Source of the DNA: Deltaproteobacteria bacterium | GTDB lineage: Bacteria; Chloroflexota; Dehalococcoidia; Dehalococcoidales; BS750m-G39 | Assembly (NCBI GenBank): GCA_030603275.1 | Contig: JAUVYB010000008.1 | Span: 98-64,097, forward strand | DNA: 64,000 nt | Reading direction: 5' to 3' | Shown here: in pieces, positions 45,391 through 54,038 of the stretch | Numbering within the stretch: position 1 is the first letter of the stretch | Layout: each line of letters begins with the position of its first letter | Translations under genes and position numbers: made by a program | Notes under the pieces: generated by a model | The model's database searches: none | What the model was told of the DNA's origin: nothing | The model's input: the letters and a program-made list of their open reading frames with translations, nothing else

Positions 45391-45518
45391 TCAACCTCAC
45401 CCCCTGTATGCACCCTAAAAAATCTTTGATTTTTCAGGGAACCCGCTGTATCCCCCTCTCCAAGAGTGGAGAGGGGGAATAAAAGAAAAGAGGGGCTAAC
45501 GCCCCTCTTAAACACCCC
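45391..45518 (+). repeat. family A repeat copy A8 interrupted by a 42-nt nested family C-like hairpin
   Basis: Compared with copy A5 (ctcaccccctgtatccccctctcc), 45410-45451 is an insertion. It is bounded by a duplicated ctgtat (45404-45409 and 45446-45451). Confidence 0.75.
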
Positions 45519-45582
45519 TGATTAGTCGCCCCACCTTCTCCCCCCGCCCCAAACTGGGAGAAGAAAACCCCCAAGCTGAGAT

Positions 45583-45612
45583 AAAAAAGAGGGGCCTTAA
45601 AGTGCCCCTCTT
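45583..45612 (-). terminator. intrinsic terminator after rho
   Basis: On the minus strand: AAGAGGGGC-actttaag-GCCCCTCTT followed by TTTTTAT. Confidence 0.65.
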
Positions 45613-45650
45613 AACTCTCCCTCTCTCCTTGCGGGTTTAAGGCAAAATCC

Positions 45651-46913
45651 CTATGTCTCTTTGGTCAGGTTAGCCAGGAACTCGGCGTTGGACTTGGTCC
45701 GGCGCATGCGGTCAAGCACCCGCTCGGTGGTCTCGGCAAAGTTGACGGAGTCAGAAGCAATTATGGAAGCCATACGCCTCAGCAGCCGTACCTGCTTCAG
45801 TGTCTCCTCGTCCAGCAGCAGCTCCTCGCGCCGGGTGCTACTGCGCTGAATATCCATTGCCGGGAAGACGTGGCGCTCCGCCAGCCGGCGGTCCAGGTGA
45901 AGCTCCATATTCCCCGTTCCCTTAAACTCCTCATAGATAAGCTCGTCCATGCGGCTGCCGGTATCTATGAGGCAGGTGGCGATGATGGTCAGGCTGCCGC
46001 CCTCATCCATGTTGCGGGCGGCCCCGAAGAAACGCTTGGAGGGGTGAAGGGCCGCCGGGTCGATACCGCCGGATAGAGTACGCCCGCTGGGAGGCATGGC
46101 CAGGTTATAGGAGCGGGTGAGGCGGGTAATGCCGTCGAGCAAAATCACCACATCCCGGCCCGTCTCCACCATCCGCTTGGCTTTCTCCAGCGCCAGCTCG
46201 GCGACGCGGGTGTGGTTCTCCACCGGCTCGTCGAAGGTAGCCGCTATCACCTCCCCCTTCACCGACCGCCTCATGTCGGTAACCTCCTCCGGCCGCTCTC
46301 CGATGAGGCAGACCATGATATCAATATCGCTGTAGTTGGTGCTGATGGCGTTGGCGATAGATTTAAGCAGAATCGTCTTACCGGCTTTAGGCGGCGATAC
46401 AATCAGGCCCCTCTGTCCCCGGCCGATGGGGGCGATGAGATTTATAAGTCGGGTGGACAGGTCTTCGGAGGCGGTCTCCAGGTTGATCAGTTTATCGGGG
46501 TAGGTAGGCGTCAGCGCCCCGAAATGGGGCCGTTTCTTGGCCATCTCGGGGTTAATATCGTTAATTGCCTCCACCCGGACCAGCCCGTAGTATTTCTCGC
46601 CGTTTTTCGGCGGCCGGCCCTGGCCGGCGACGACATCGCCGGTGCGCAGGCCGAAGCGGCGGATTTGGGATTGAGAAACGTAGACGTCCGCCGAGCTGGG
46701 CAGCAGGCTGCCCTGTCTCAGGAAGCCGTAGCCCTCGGCGGTAATCTCCAGGGTGCCGCCGCAGAAGATAAAGCCCTGGCTCTCGGCGTTGGCCTGAAGC
46801 AGGCGCATGACCAGCTCCTGCTTCTTGAGGCCGGTGTAGCTGGATATACCTACACCCTTGGCCAGCTCCAGCAGCTCCTCCCGGCTTTTAGTTTCCAGTT
46901 CGGTAATATTCAT
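45651..46913 (-). CDS. rho: transcription termination factor Rho
   Basis: N-terminus [19 protein letters not shown], Walker A PPKAGKT and RNA-binding domain motifs. The ATG at 46913 has a GGAGGT RBS. Confidence 0.96.
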   Translation of the reverse strand: MNITELETKSREELLELAKGVGISSYTGLKKQELVMRLLQANAESQGFIFCGGTLEITAEGYGFLRQGSLLPSSADVYVSQSQIRRFGLRTGDVVAGQGRPPKNGEKYYGLVRVEAINDINPEMAKKRPHFGALTPTYPDKLINLETASEDLSTRLINLIAPIGRGQRGLIVSPPKAGKTILLKSIANAISTNYSDIDIMVCLIGERPEEVTDMRRSVKGEVIAATFDEPVENHTRVAELALEKAKRMVETGRDVVILLDGITRLTRSYNLAMPPSGRTLSGGIDPAALHPSKRFFGAARNMDEGGSLTIIATCLIDTGSRMDELIYEEFKGTGNMELHLDRRLAERHVFPAMDIQRSSTRREELLLDEETLKQVRLLRRMASIIASDSVNFAETTERVLDRMRRTKSNAEFLANLTKET

Positions 46914-46939
46914 GTTATTGCTACCTCCACCCTCCATGG

Positions 46940-47599
46940 CTATTCCCCCTTTCCCCGTGATATGCCCCGCCAGTCGCTTGCGAAGCGGGCGACACCGACA
47001 TCGGTAAGCGGGTGTTTAGTCATCTGCATCAGCACTTTATAGGGCACGGTGGCGATGTGAGCCCCCGCCTTAGCCGCCGCCAGGCAGTGCTCGGGGTGGC
47101 GGATGCTGGCGGCAATCACCTTGGTTGAGAACTGGTAATAGTCAAAGGTATCGACGATGTCCTCTACAAGCTCCATGCCGTCGTGGCCGGCGTCATCCAG
47201 CCGGCCGACGAAGGGGCTGACGAAGGCAGCCCCGGCCAGAGCGCCCAGCAGAGCCTGGTTCAGTGAAAAGCACAGGGTAAAGTTGACCTTTATCTTCTCC
47301 CTGGCCAGCGCCGAAGTTACCTCCAGCCCCTCGGCAGTAGCCGGGATTTTAATCACCACATTAGGCGCCCAGGCGGCGATTTTTCTGGCCTCCTCAATCA
47401 TCGCCGGCGCCCCCTCCACCACCACCTCCGCCGAAACCGGCCCGGGGATAATGGTGCAGATTTCCTTGACCACCGCCTCGTAATCAGCGGTGCCTTCTTT
47501 GGCCATCAGGCTGGGGTTGGTGGTAACCCCGCTGACCACCCCCAGCCTGGCCCCCTGCCTTATCTCTTTAACGTTAGCTGTATCCAGAAAGATTTCCAT
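46940..47599 (-). CDS. fsa: fructose-6-phosphate aldolase / type 3B transaldolase
   Basis: 219 aa starting [13 protein letters not shown], with GVTTNPSL and the catalytic-Lys region VVIKIPAT. Confidence 0.9.
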   Translation of the reverse strand: MEIFLDTANVKEIRQGARLGVVSGVTTNPSLMAKEGTADYEAVVKEICTIIPGPVSAEVVVEGAPAMIEEARKIAAWAPNVVIKIPATAEGLEVTSALAREKIKVNFTLCFSLNQALLGALAGAAFVSPFVGRLDDAGHDGMELVEDIVDTFDYYQFSTKVIAASIRHPEHCLAAAKAGAHIATVPYKVLMQMTKHPLTDVGVARFASDWRGISRGKGE

Positions 47600-47610
47600 T
47601 TTTTTAACCT

Positions 47611-50295
47611 CTATTCAATTTCACCCTCGGTGGTGTTGAAGACCTTGGGTAAGTAGGCCTCCAGGCCGAGCGAGTTGGTGGCCATCAGCTCTATATGAAG
47701 ATCCTGCCCGCAGTAGGCATCTATCTCCATCATATCCTCAAAGAACTCCGTAGATATATCTTGGAGATTGACCAGCGGCTCTCCGTTCACATTCAGAGCT
47801 ATACTGGTGACCGGCAGCAGGCCGCCGGTGAGGTCACGGGCGTGGAATCTGATGGTAACCAGGCAACCCTGGCATTCCTCGTCCACATAGGAGCAGTTGG
47901 AATAGCCTTCAAGGTAAATTTGCAGCACATCCTGGGATAGCGGCATAGTCACCCAGACGCTGGCAGAGTCCTGGTCGTTAACGACCACGTTGTAGTCATA
48001 GCCGCAGTGGGCGCTGGCGTAAACTGTATTTATGTTCTCCCCCGTGTCCTTGGCGATGGCTTCATATTCAATAGCTATACTTTCTCCCGGCGCCAGGGCC
48101 TCTATCTCCATCAGGTTCCAGTTCAGCGTTACTCCCCCCTCGCCCGGGCTGATGCTACCGGGTTCTCTGCCGTAAGATTCGCCGTCGATGTAAATCACCG
48201 CCCCACCGCCGTACTCCAGGCAGTCGGGCAGGAAGTCCACTATCTCCATCTCGACGATGTCGCGGCACTTGCCGCTGCTCTCGATATCCACTCTAAAGGT
48301 AACCATCTGGTCGGGCCAGACTTCAATCTCATCCACCCACTCCTCACCCATCTCGTCCCAGACCCATTTCTCCACATCTATGCCCGGTGAGCAGGGGCAC
48401 GTGCAGTCGCACCACTGGTTATCGCTCCAGGGCTGCTGCCCCGTACCGTTGGCATCTCGGTGCTCGTTTACCGCCGCCTCGCCTGAAGCACCGGCTTCGG
48501 CGGGGTCAACGCCGTCGGGCGGGTCGGTGGTATCCGCTTTGGGGTCGCCGGCAGCCTCGGCAAAGCCGTTGGTATAGACGCCCCCGCTGGGGGTGGCCCG
48601 TGACGGGGTGTCGGTTGACGTGCCCACCACCGCCCTTCCCTGCCCGGTCACCCCGGGCTTATTAAAGTTGCCCGCGTAACAGGACTCTATTATCACACTA
48701 ACGTGGCAGCACTTGCTCGGCGTTTCGCAGTCTTCATCGGGGCAGGGGGCGATTTTAGCCAGAAGGGCGGATAGGTCACCCGGTTTCATTTCCTCCTGCG
48801 TTTTACCACTGCTGTTCTTCAGGGCGATACCCCCGCCCCCCGTCTTCTGGCCGTGTCCGCAGATATATATCAGGACATAGTCCCCGCACTTAACGCTATC
48901 GGCCAGGTCGTCAAAGGCCTGGGCGATGCTGGCCAGGGAGTTATTGCCGGGGCCGAGATTACCCATTGAGGAATAGCCCTGTTCGGCGGCAACCTTGTTT
49001 ATCGTGTCAACGGAACGCTGCACGATAGGTGTCCCCTGGGCTGTATGTTTGGCCATATCGCCGCCGCTGATGGTAATCACGTAATAATTTATATCGTAGC
49101 CGCAGGGGCCCTTGGCCGGACCCGGCGGGGGCGGTCCCCCGTTACCGTTGCCGTTGGGTGGTGGTGGCGGTGGAGGTGGTGGAGGAGGCGGCGGCGGTGG
49201 CGGCGGGTTATCGGTCAGGAAACCGCAGTAGTCCTCGATTTCGCCGTAGTCAAACTGGCCGCTGCCGTCCCAGCCGCCCACATTGGCGAACTGGCTTTCC
49301 TCGATTTTAGCCCGGGTCAGGGCCAGTCTCATCCATACCGGCCAGACCGGCGGGGTCGCTTTCCCCCAGGCAAAGAGGGGGGTCATTATCGTATCCGAGG
49401 TGCCGGGCTTGACTTTTACCTCCAGGTTGACGGTAACCCACTCCGCCCCGGCGGCACCGCTACTCCAGTTCCCGCTCTGGTCAAAGTCAATCAGGGCGTT
49501 GGCGTAGCGGGTAATATCGGGGGCGCCGGCGCTGACGGCCACGGTAAAGGCCAGCCTGGCCTGGCTCTGTTCGGTAATGATATATATTCTCTCGTCGCTG
49601 TCGGCATCAACCAGGTTAGGCACGCCGTCGGGGTCACTGGGGTCGCTGGCGTCGACCTCGGCGCTGACGTTAAAGCCGAGGGTTTCTTCGCCGGTGTTGA
49701 GGGTATGCCCTCCCGGTCGGCCGAAATGACTGTTGGTGGTATTAAATAGGGTTGGGTAGCGCCCCATGACCCCGTAGTAGGCGTCCTGCCCGTCGGGGGC
49801 GTCCCCGTAGTCGCCAATGGGGTTGGTATTGGCGCTGCCGGCAATCGGCCCGGGGAAGCCCAGTACCGACCAGACCTCGATGAGGTGTCCCCGCCCCACA
49901 TTATCGGTATCCCACATCGAGAAATTATTGATCAGGGGCGGCCAGCTTTCATTGACGATGTTATAAGTGCCGTTTCGGGTGTCGATAAAAACATAGCGGG
50001 TAGCGTGGGCGTAGAATGCCTGCGGGTCATCATCGATAAAAATAAACCAGGTGCTGGCGTTTATCGGGTAATCGGTGCCGCTCTCCGAGGTGACCACGTC
50101 GCCCTTCTTCAGCGGCTCGGAGGGCATAAAGGCCGAAATTCGGGTGTCGTCGGCGGCCGGGGGTATTATCTCACCCACCAGTATATCGATAGCCCCCCAC
50201 TTATCGATACCGGGCTTGGGACATCCGGTCAAGGGTATAGTGATAAGGACAACAATTAGCAGACAGGAAATTAATATTTTTTTGGTGGTGTTCAT
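47611..50295 (-). CDS. multidomain lipoprotein: GEVED-like domain, poly-Pro spacer, clan CD (C13/caspase-like) peptidase-like domain, Ig-like (CARDB/DUF11-type) C-terminal domains
   Basis: Lipobox-like [13 protein letters not shown]...FDYGEIEDY brackets a GEVED-type domain. There are 17 consecutive Pro, then [24 protein letters not shown]...[13 protein letters not shown] resembles the His-Gly/Cys dyad of clan CD peptidases. Confidence 0.65.
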   Translation of the reverse strand: MNTTKKILISCLLIVVLITIPLTGCPKPGIDKWGAIDILVGEIIPPAADDTRISAFMPSEPLKKGDVVTSESGTDYPINASTWFIFIDDDPQAFYAHATRYVFIDTRNGTYNIVNESWPPLINNFSMWDTDNVGRGHLIEVWSVLGFPGPIAGSANTNPIGDYGDAPDGQDAYYGVMGRYPTLFNTTNSHFGRPGGHTLNTGEETLGFNVSAEVDASDPSDPDGVPNLVDADSDERIYIITEQSQARLAFTVAVSAGAPDITRYANALIDFDQSGNWSSGAAGAEWVTVNLEVKVKPGTSDTIMTPLFAWGKATPPVWPVWMRLALTRAKIEESQFANVGGWDGSGQFDYGEIEDYCGFLTDNPPPPPPPPPPPPPPPPPNGNGNGGPPPPGPAKGPCGYDINYYVITISGGDMAKHTAQGTPIVQRSVDTINKVAAEQGYSSMGNLGPGNNSLASIAQAFDDLADSVKCGDYVLIYICGHGQKTGGGGIALKNSSGKTQEEMKPGDLSALLAKIAPCPDEDCETPSKCCHVSVIIESCYAGNFNKPGVTGQGRAVVGTSTDTPSRATPSGGVYTNGFAEAAGDPKADTTDPPDGVDPAEAGASGEAAVNEHRDANGTGQQPWSDNQWCDCTCPCSPGIDVEKWVWDEMGEEWVDEIEVWPDQMVTFRVDIESSGKCRDIVEMEIVDFLPDCLEYGGGAVIYIDGESYGREPGSISPGEGGVTLNWNLMEIEALAPGESIAIEYEAIAKDTGENINTVYASAHCGYDYNVVVNDQDSASVWVTMPLSQDVLQIYLEGYSNCSYVDEECQGCLVTIRFHARDLTGGLLPVTSIALNVNGEPLVNLQDISTEFFEDMMEIDAYCGQDLHIELMATNSLGLEAYLPKVFNTTEGEIE

Positions 50296-50325
50296 CGTTT
50301 GTGCCTCCTTTAGGGAGTGCGGTTC

Positions 50326-51966
50326 TTATAAATTAGAGGAAAGGGGCAGGGGTGGTTGCGCCCCTTCCCTTAAGACATTCTTGGCGGCGCCGATAAAATC
50401 ACGGAACAGGGGGTGTGGGTGGCCGGGGCGGGAGCCGAATTCGGGGTGGAACTGGCAGGCCAGCATCCAGGGGTGGTCGGCGACCTCGCAGACCTCAACC
50501 AGCCGCCCGTCGGGGGAAAGCCCGCTGTAGACCAGCCCCGCCTTCTCCAGCCGCTGGCGGTATTCATTGTTAAATTCATAGCGGTGCCGGTGGCGCTCGT
50601 ATATCAGGCTCTGCCCGTAGGCCCTATCGGCCCGGCTGCCGCTGGCCAGTTTACAGGGGTAGTTGCCCAGGCGCATGGTGCCCCCCTTGATTTTCTGGCC
50701 CTTCTGGTCGGGGAGGAAGTCGATGACGGGATGGCTGGTTTTAGCGTCGAACTCGGTGGAATTGGCCTCCTCCGAGCCCAGGGCATAGCGGGCAAACTCG
50801 ATGACCATGACGTGCATCCCCAGGCACAGCCCCAGGTAGGGTATCTTATTCTCACGGGCGTAAGTTGCCGCTCTCACCATGCCCTCTATGCCCCTGATGC
50901 CGAAGCCGCCGGGCACGATAATACCCTGCACCGGGCGCAGCACCGAATCATCCCCGCTGTTTTCCAGTGTCTCCGAAGGCACCCAGATAAGCTCCAGGTC
51001 CCGCCCGTGGTGCAGTATGGCGTGTTGCAGTGCCTCCCGCACCGAAAAGTAGGCGTCCTGCAACTCCACGTATTTACCCACCAGCGCGATTTTCACCGGC
51101 TCACGCGGCGTCTTGATAAGATTAACCAGCTCCTTCCACTGGCTCAGGTCGGGTTTTTGGGGCTTTAGCTTCAGCTTATCGGTAATTAATTGTCCCAGCC
51201 CCTCCTCCTCCAGCACCAGCGGCACCTCATAAATAGTAGATACCGTGGTCAGGGGGATGACCGCTTTTCTTTCCACGTCGCAGAACAGGGATATCTTATT
51301 TCTTATCTCCTCCGAGATGGGGTGGTCACTGCGGCAGGCTATAATATCGGGCTGGATACCGATGCGCCTCAGCTCGTTGACGCTGTGCTGGGTGGGCTTG
51401 GTCTTCAGCTCCTTGGTGGAATTAAGGTAGGGGAGCAGGGTGACGTGGACATAGAGAATATTATCCCGCCCCACCTCGTTGCGCATCTGCCGGGCGGCCT
51501 CCAGGAAGGGCAGCCCCTCGATATCGCCCACGGTACCCCCCACCTCGATGATAACCACGTCGGCTTTAGATTTCTCGGCCAGCCGCTTGAAGCGGTCCTT
51601 TATCTCGGTGGTAACGTGGGGCACCACCTGGATAGTCCCCCCCAGGAAATCCCCCCGCCGCTCCTTGGCGATAACCTCGCTGTAGATTTGCCCCGAGGTA
51701 ACGCTGGACTCGGTGGTCAGGTTGACGTCGATAAAGCGCTCGTAGTTGCCCAGGTCCAGGTCGGTCTCGGCGCCGTCCTGGGTAACGAAGACCTCACCGT
51801 GCTGGTAGGGGGACATCGTTCCCGGGTCGACGTTAAGATAGGGGTCAAGCTTCTGCGCCGTTACCGATATCTGCCGACTCTTCAGGATGGTGCCAATAGA
51901 AGCGACGGTGATACCCTTGCCAACGGAACTAACTACGCCACCGGTTACAAAGATATATTTTGACAT
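50326..51966 (-). CDS. pyrG: CTP synthase
   Basis: 546 aa starting [19 protein letters not shown], with glutaminase motif GLCLGMH. Confidence 0.97.
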   Translation of the reverse strand: MSKYIFVTGGVVSSVGKGITVASIGTILKSRQISVTAQKLDPYLNVDPGTMSPYQHGEVFVTQDGAETDLDLGNYERFIDVNLTTESSVTSGQIYSEVIAKERRGDFLGGTIQVVPHVTTEIKDRFKRLAEKSKADVVIIEVGGTVGDIEGLPFLEAARQMRNEVGRDNILYVHVTLLPYLNSTKELKTKPTQHSVNELRRIGIQPDIIACRSDHPISEEIRNKISLFCDVERKAVIPLTTVSTIYEVPLVLEEEGLGQLITDKLKLKPQKPDLSQWKELVNLIKTPREPVKIALVGKYVELQDAYFSVREALQHAILHHGRDLELIWVPSETLENSGDDSVLRPVQGIIVPGGFGIRGIEGMVRAATYARENKIPYLGLCLGMHVMVIEFARYALGSEEANSTEFDAKTSHPVIDFLPDQKGQKIKGGTMRLGNYPCKLASGSRADRAYGQSLIYERHRHRYEFNNEYRQRLEKAGLVYSGLSPDGRLVEVCEVADHPWMLACQFHPEFGSRPGHPHPLFRDFIGAAKNVLREGAQPPLPLSSNL

Positions 51967-51996
51967 GGGGAAACCAAACCTAGGAATTCAATTGAA

Positions 51997-52020
51997 GTAA
52001 TCAAGACAGTAATCAAGACA
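51997..52020. repeat. perfect 12-nt tandem duplication (gtaatcaagaca x2) in the pyrG 5' leader
   Basis: Read directly from the sequence. It lies between the predicted pyrG promoter and the start codon. Confidence 0.85.
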
Positions 52021-52040
52021 ATAAGTGGGGGTTTCTTAAT

Positions 52041-52069
52041 ATTATAATGATGGAGATACCACTTGTCAA
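52041..52069 (-). promoter_or_regulatory. consensus sigma-70 promoter of pyrG (TTGACA-17-TATAAT)
   Basis: The reverse complement reads TTGACAagtggtatctccatcatTATAAT. Confidence 0.7.
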
Positions 52070-52108
52070 TAGTTGTCTTAAGCCGATTTGCAATGTTATA
52101 TTATAGCT

Positions 52109-52675
52109 GTGGACGAAAAGCTGAAAGAAATCCTCTCCCGCCGCCCCAAAAAGCGCATCACCGATGATAAGCTTATGCCCGCGGCGGTGCTGCTGCCCAT
52201 CTACTATAAGGAAGGGGAGATACATATCCTGTTCACCCGGCGGACGGAGAATGTCAGGGTGCACAAGCGGCAGATATCCTTCCCCGGCGGCGCCCACCAG
52301 GGTGGCGAAAGCCTGCTCCAGACCGCCCTCCGTGAGAGCACCGAGGAAATAGGTTTAGCCCCGGATAAGGTAAAGATACTGGGGGAGATGGATGATGAGG
52401 TTACGGTGGACACGAACTACGTTGTCACCCCCTTCGTCGGCGTCGTTCCCTGGCCCTATGACTTCAAGGTGGACGGTGTGGAGACCGACGAGATAATCGA
52501 AGCCCCCATTCCGGCGCTGCTGGATGAAGAATCCTGGCATCACAAGACCGAGGTCGTCGCCGGCAGAAAGGTCACCTCATACTTCTATCACTACCGGGAG
52601 GACGTGATCTGGGGGGCCACCGCCCGCATACTGCACCAGTTCCTGGATATCTTTGTCCAGGCGGTGAAAAGCTAA
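52109..52675 (+). CDS. NUDIX hydrolase (CoA pyrophosphatase-like)
   Basis: Nudix box GGAHQGGESLLQTALRESTEEIGL. The GTG at 52109 lies 6 nt after TATATT (TTGTCT-18-TATATT). The track ORF starts at the TTG at 52088. Confidence 0.8.
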   Translation: MDEKLKEILSRRPKKRITDDKLMPAAVLLPIYYKEGEIHILFTRRTENVRVHKRQISFPGGAHQGGESLLQTALRESTEEIGLAPDKVKILGEMDDEVTVDTNYVVTPFVGVVPWPYDFKVDGVETDEIIEAPIPALLDEESWHHKTEVVAGRKVTSYFYHYREDVIWGATARILHQFLDIFVQAVKS

Positions 52676-52727
52676 GCCGCCACCCTCAGCATCTTTATAC
52701 TGATTTGTTAACTTTCCTCGTAAATTA

Positions 52728-52756
52728 TTGACAAATCTCTTAATATAGTCTATAAT
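52728..52756 (+). promoter_or_regulatory. consensus sigma-70 promoter of cbpA-hspR-clpC (TTGACA-17-TATAAT)
   Basis: TTGACAaatctcttaatatagtcTATAAT. The imperfect palindrome TACCCCTGTAGGTGTA follows at 52756-52771. Confidence 0.7.
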
Positions 52757-52776
52757 ACCCCTGTAGGTGTAGTAAT

Positions 52777-53652
52777 ATGGCGGGCAAGGATTATTATAAA
52801 ATATTAGGGGTTAGCCGTAACGCCAGCGAGCGTGAGCTCAAGCAGGCTTACCGCAGGCTGGCGCGCCAGTATCACCCCGATGTCAACCCCGGCGATAAAT
52901 TGGCCGAGGAAACGTTTAAGCAGATAAACGAGGCTTACGAGGTCCTCTCCGATAAAGAGAACCGCCAGAAGTACGATAAGTACGGTGACCAGTGGCAGTA
53001 CGCCGAACAGTTTGAAAAGGCCCGGCGCCAGCAGGCGCAGGGCCGGGATTTCAGCCAGGGCGGCCGCCGGGTTTACTCTAGCGAGGGCGATTTCGGCAGC
53101 CTCTTTGAAGACCTGCTGGGCGGCTTTCGCTTTGGCCGCGGGCAGGCCAAGCCGAGTCGGGCCCGTAGCCAGGAGCACCCGGTTGAAGTTACCCTGGAGG
53201 AAGCCTACCGGGGGACGACGCGCACCCTCAGCTTCGCCGACGGCAAGCGCCTTGAGGTCAGGGTCCCCGCTGGGGTCAGGACCGGCTCCAGGGTCAGGCT
53301 GGCCGGCAAGGGCGCCCGGGGCGGCGACCTTTATTTAAAAGTTACGGTCAAGCCCCACCCCACCTTCGAACGCCGCGGCGACGACCTCTATGTCGGGGTT
53401 TCGGTGCCGCTGGTGGTGGCCATGCTCGGCGGTGAGGTACAGGTGACCACCCTTAAAGGTAAAGTGGCCCTCAAGGTTCCCCCCGAAACCCAGAACGGCC
53501 GCATCTTCCGCCTGGCCGGGCAGGGCATGCCCCATTTAGGCAACTCGTCCCGCGGCGACCTGATGGCCAGGGTCAGGGTGGTGCTGCCCACCAGGCTCTC
53601 GGCTGAGGAAAAGGAATTATTTAAACAGCTCGGCGAGCTGCGGCCCGCTTAA
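52777..53652 (+). CDS. cbpA: DnaJ-class co-chaperone without zinc finger (CbpA-like)
   Basis: J domain (DYYKILGV...YHPDVNP), a G/F-like linker and C-terminal DnaJ_C repeats. No CxxCxG motifs. Confidence 0.85.
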   Translation: MAGKDYYKILGVSRNASERELKQAYRRLARQYHPDVNPGDKLAEETFKQINEAYEVLSDKENRQKYDKYGDQWQYAEQFEKARRQQAQGRDFSQGGRRVYSSEGDFGSLFEDLLGGFRFGRGQAKPSRARSQEHPVEVTLEEAYRGTTRTLSFADGKRLEVRVPAGVRTGSRVRLAGKGARGGDLYLKVTVKPHPTFERRGDDLYVGVSVPLVVAMLGGEVQVTTLKGKVALKVPPETQNGRIFRLAGQGMPHLGNSSRGDLMARVRVVLPTRLSAEEKELFKQLGELRPA

Positions 53653-53667
53653 GGGGAGGTTATAAGT

Positions 53668-53985
53668 ATGGATGATTTTGACGAAAGAGAACCACGGTAT
53701 GTGATAAGTATCGCCGCCCGGATGGTGGGGGTGCGGACTCACACCCTGCGCTACTACGAAAGGGTCGGCATCGTCGGGCCCTCCCGCTCGCGGGGCAATA
53801 TCCGGCTCTATTCGGAAAGCGACATCGCCCAGCTGAGGCGGGTGAAGACGCTGATGGACGACCTGGGGGTCAATCTGGCCGGGGTGGAGGTTATCATGCG
53901 GATGATGCAGCGCATGCTGGAGCTTCAGGGACAGGTGCAGGAGCTGGAGGATGAGATGGATAGAATAAGGGAAGATGGGACTTAA
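53668..53985 (+). CDS. hspR: MerR-family heat-shock regulator (HspR-like)
   Basis: 105 aa with the HTH YVISIAARMVGVRTHTLRYYERVGIV. It sits directly after a cbpA-type gene, as in known cbpA-hspR operons. Confidence 0.75.
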   Translation: MDDFDEREPRYVISIAARMVGVRTHTLRYYERVGIVGPSRSRGNIRLYSESDIAQLRRVKTLMDDLGVNLAGVEVIMRMMQRMLELQGQVQELEDEMDRIREDGT

Positions 53986-54038
53986 TAACCTGCCGGCAAG
54001 GCGATAAAATGTTAAATCCTGGAGGGATGAGTTAGATT

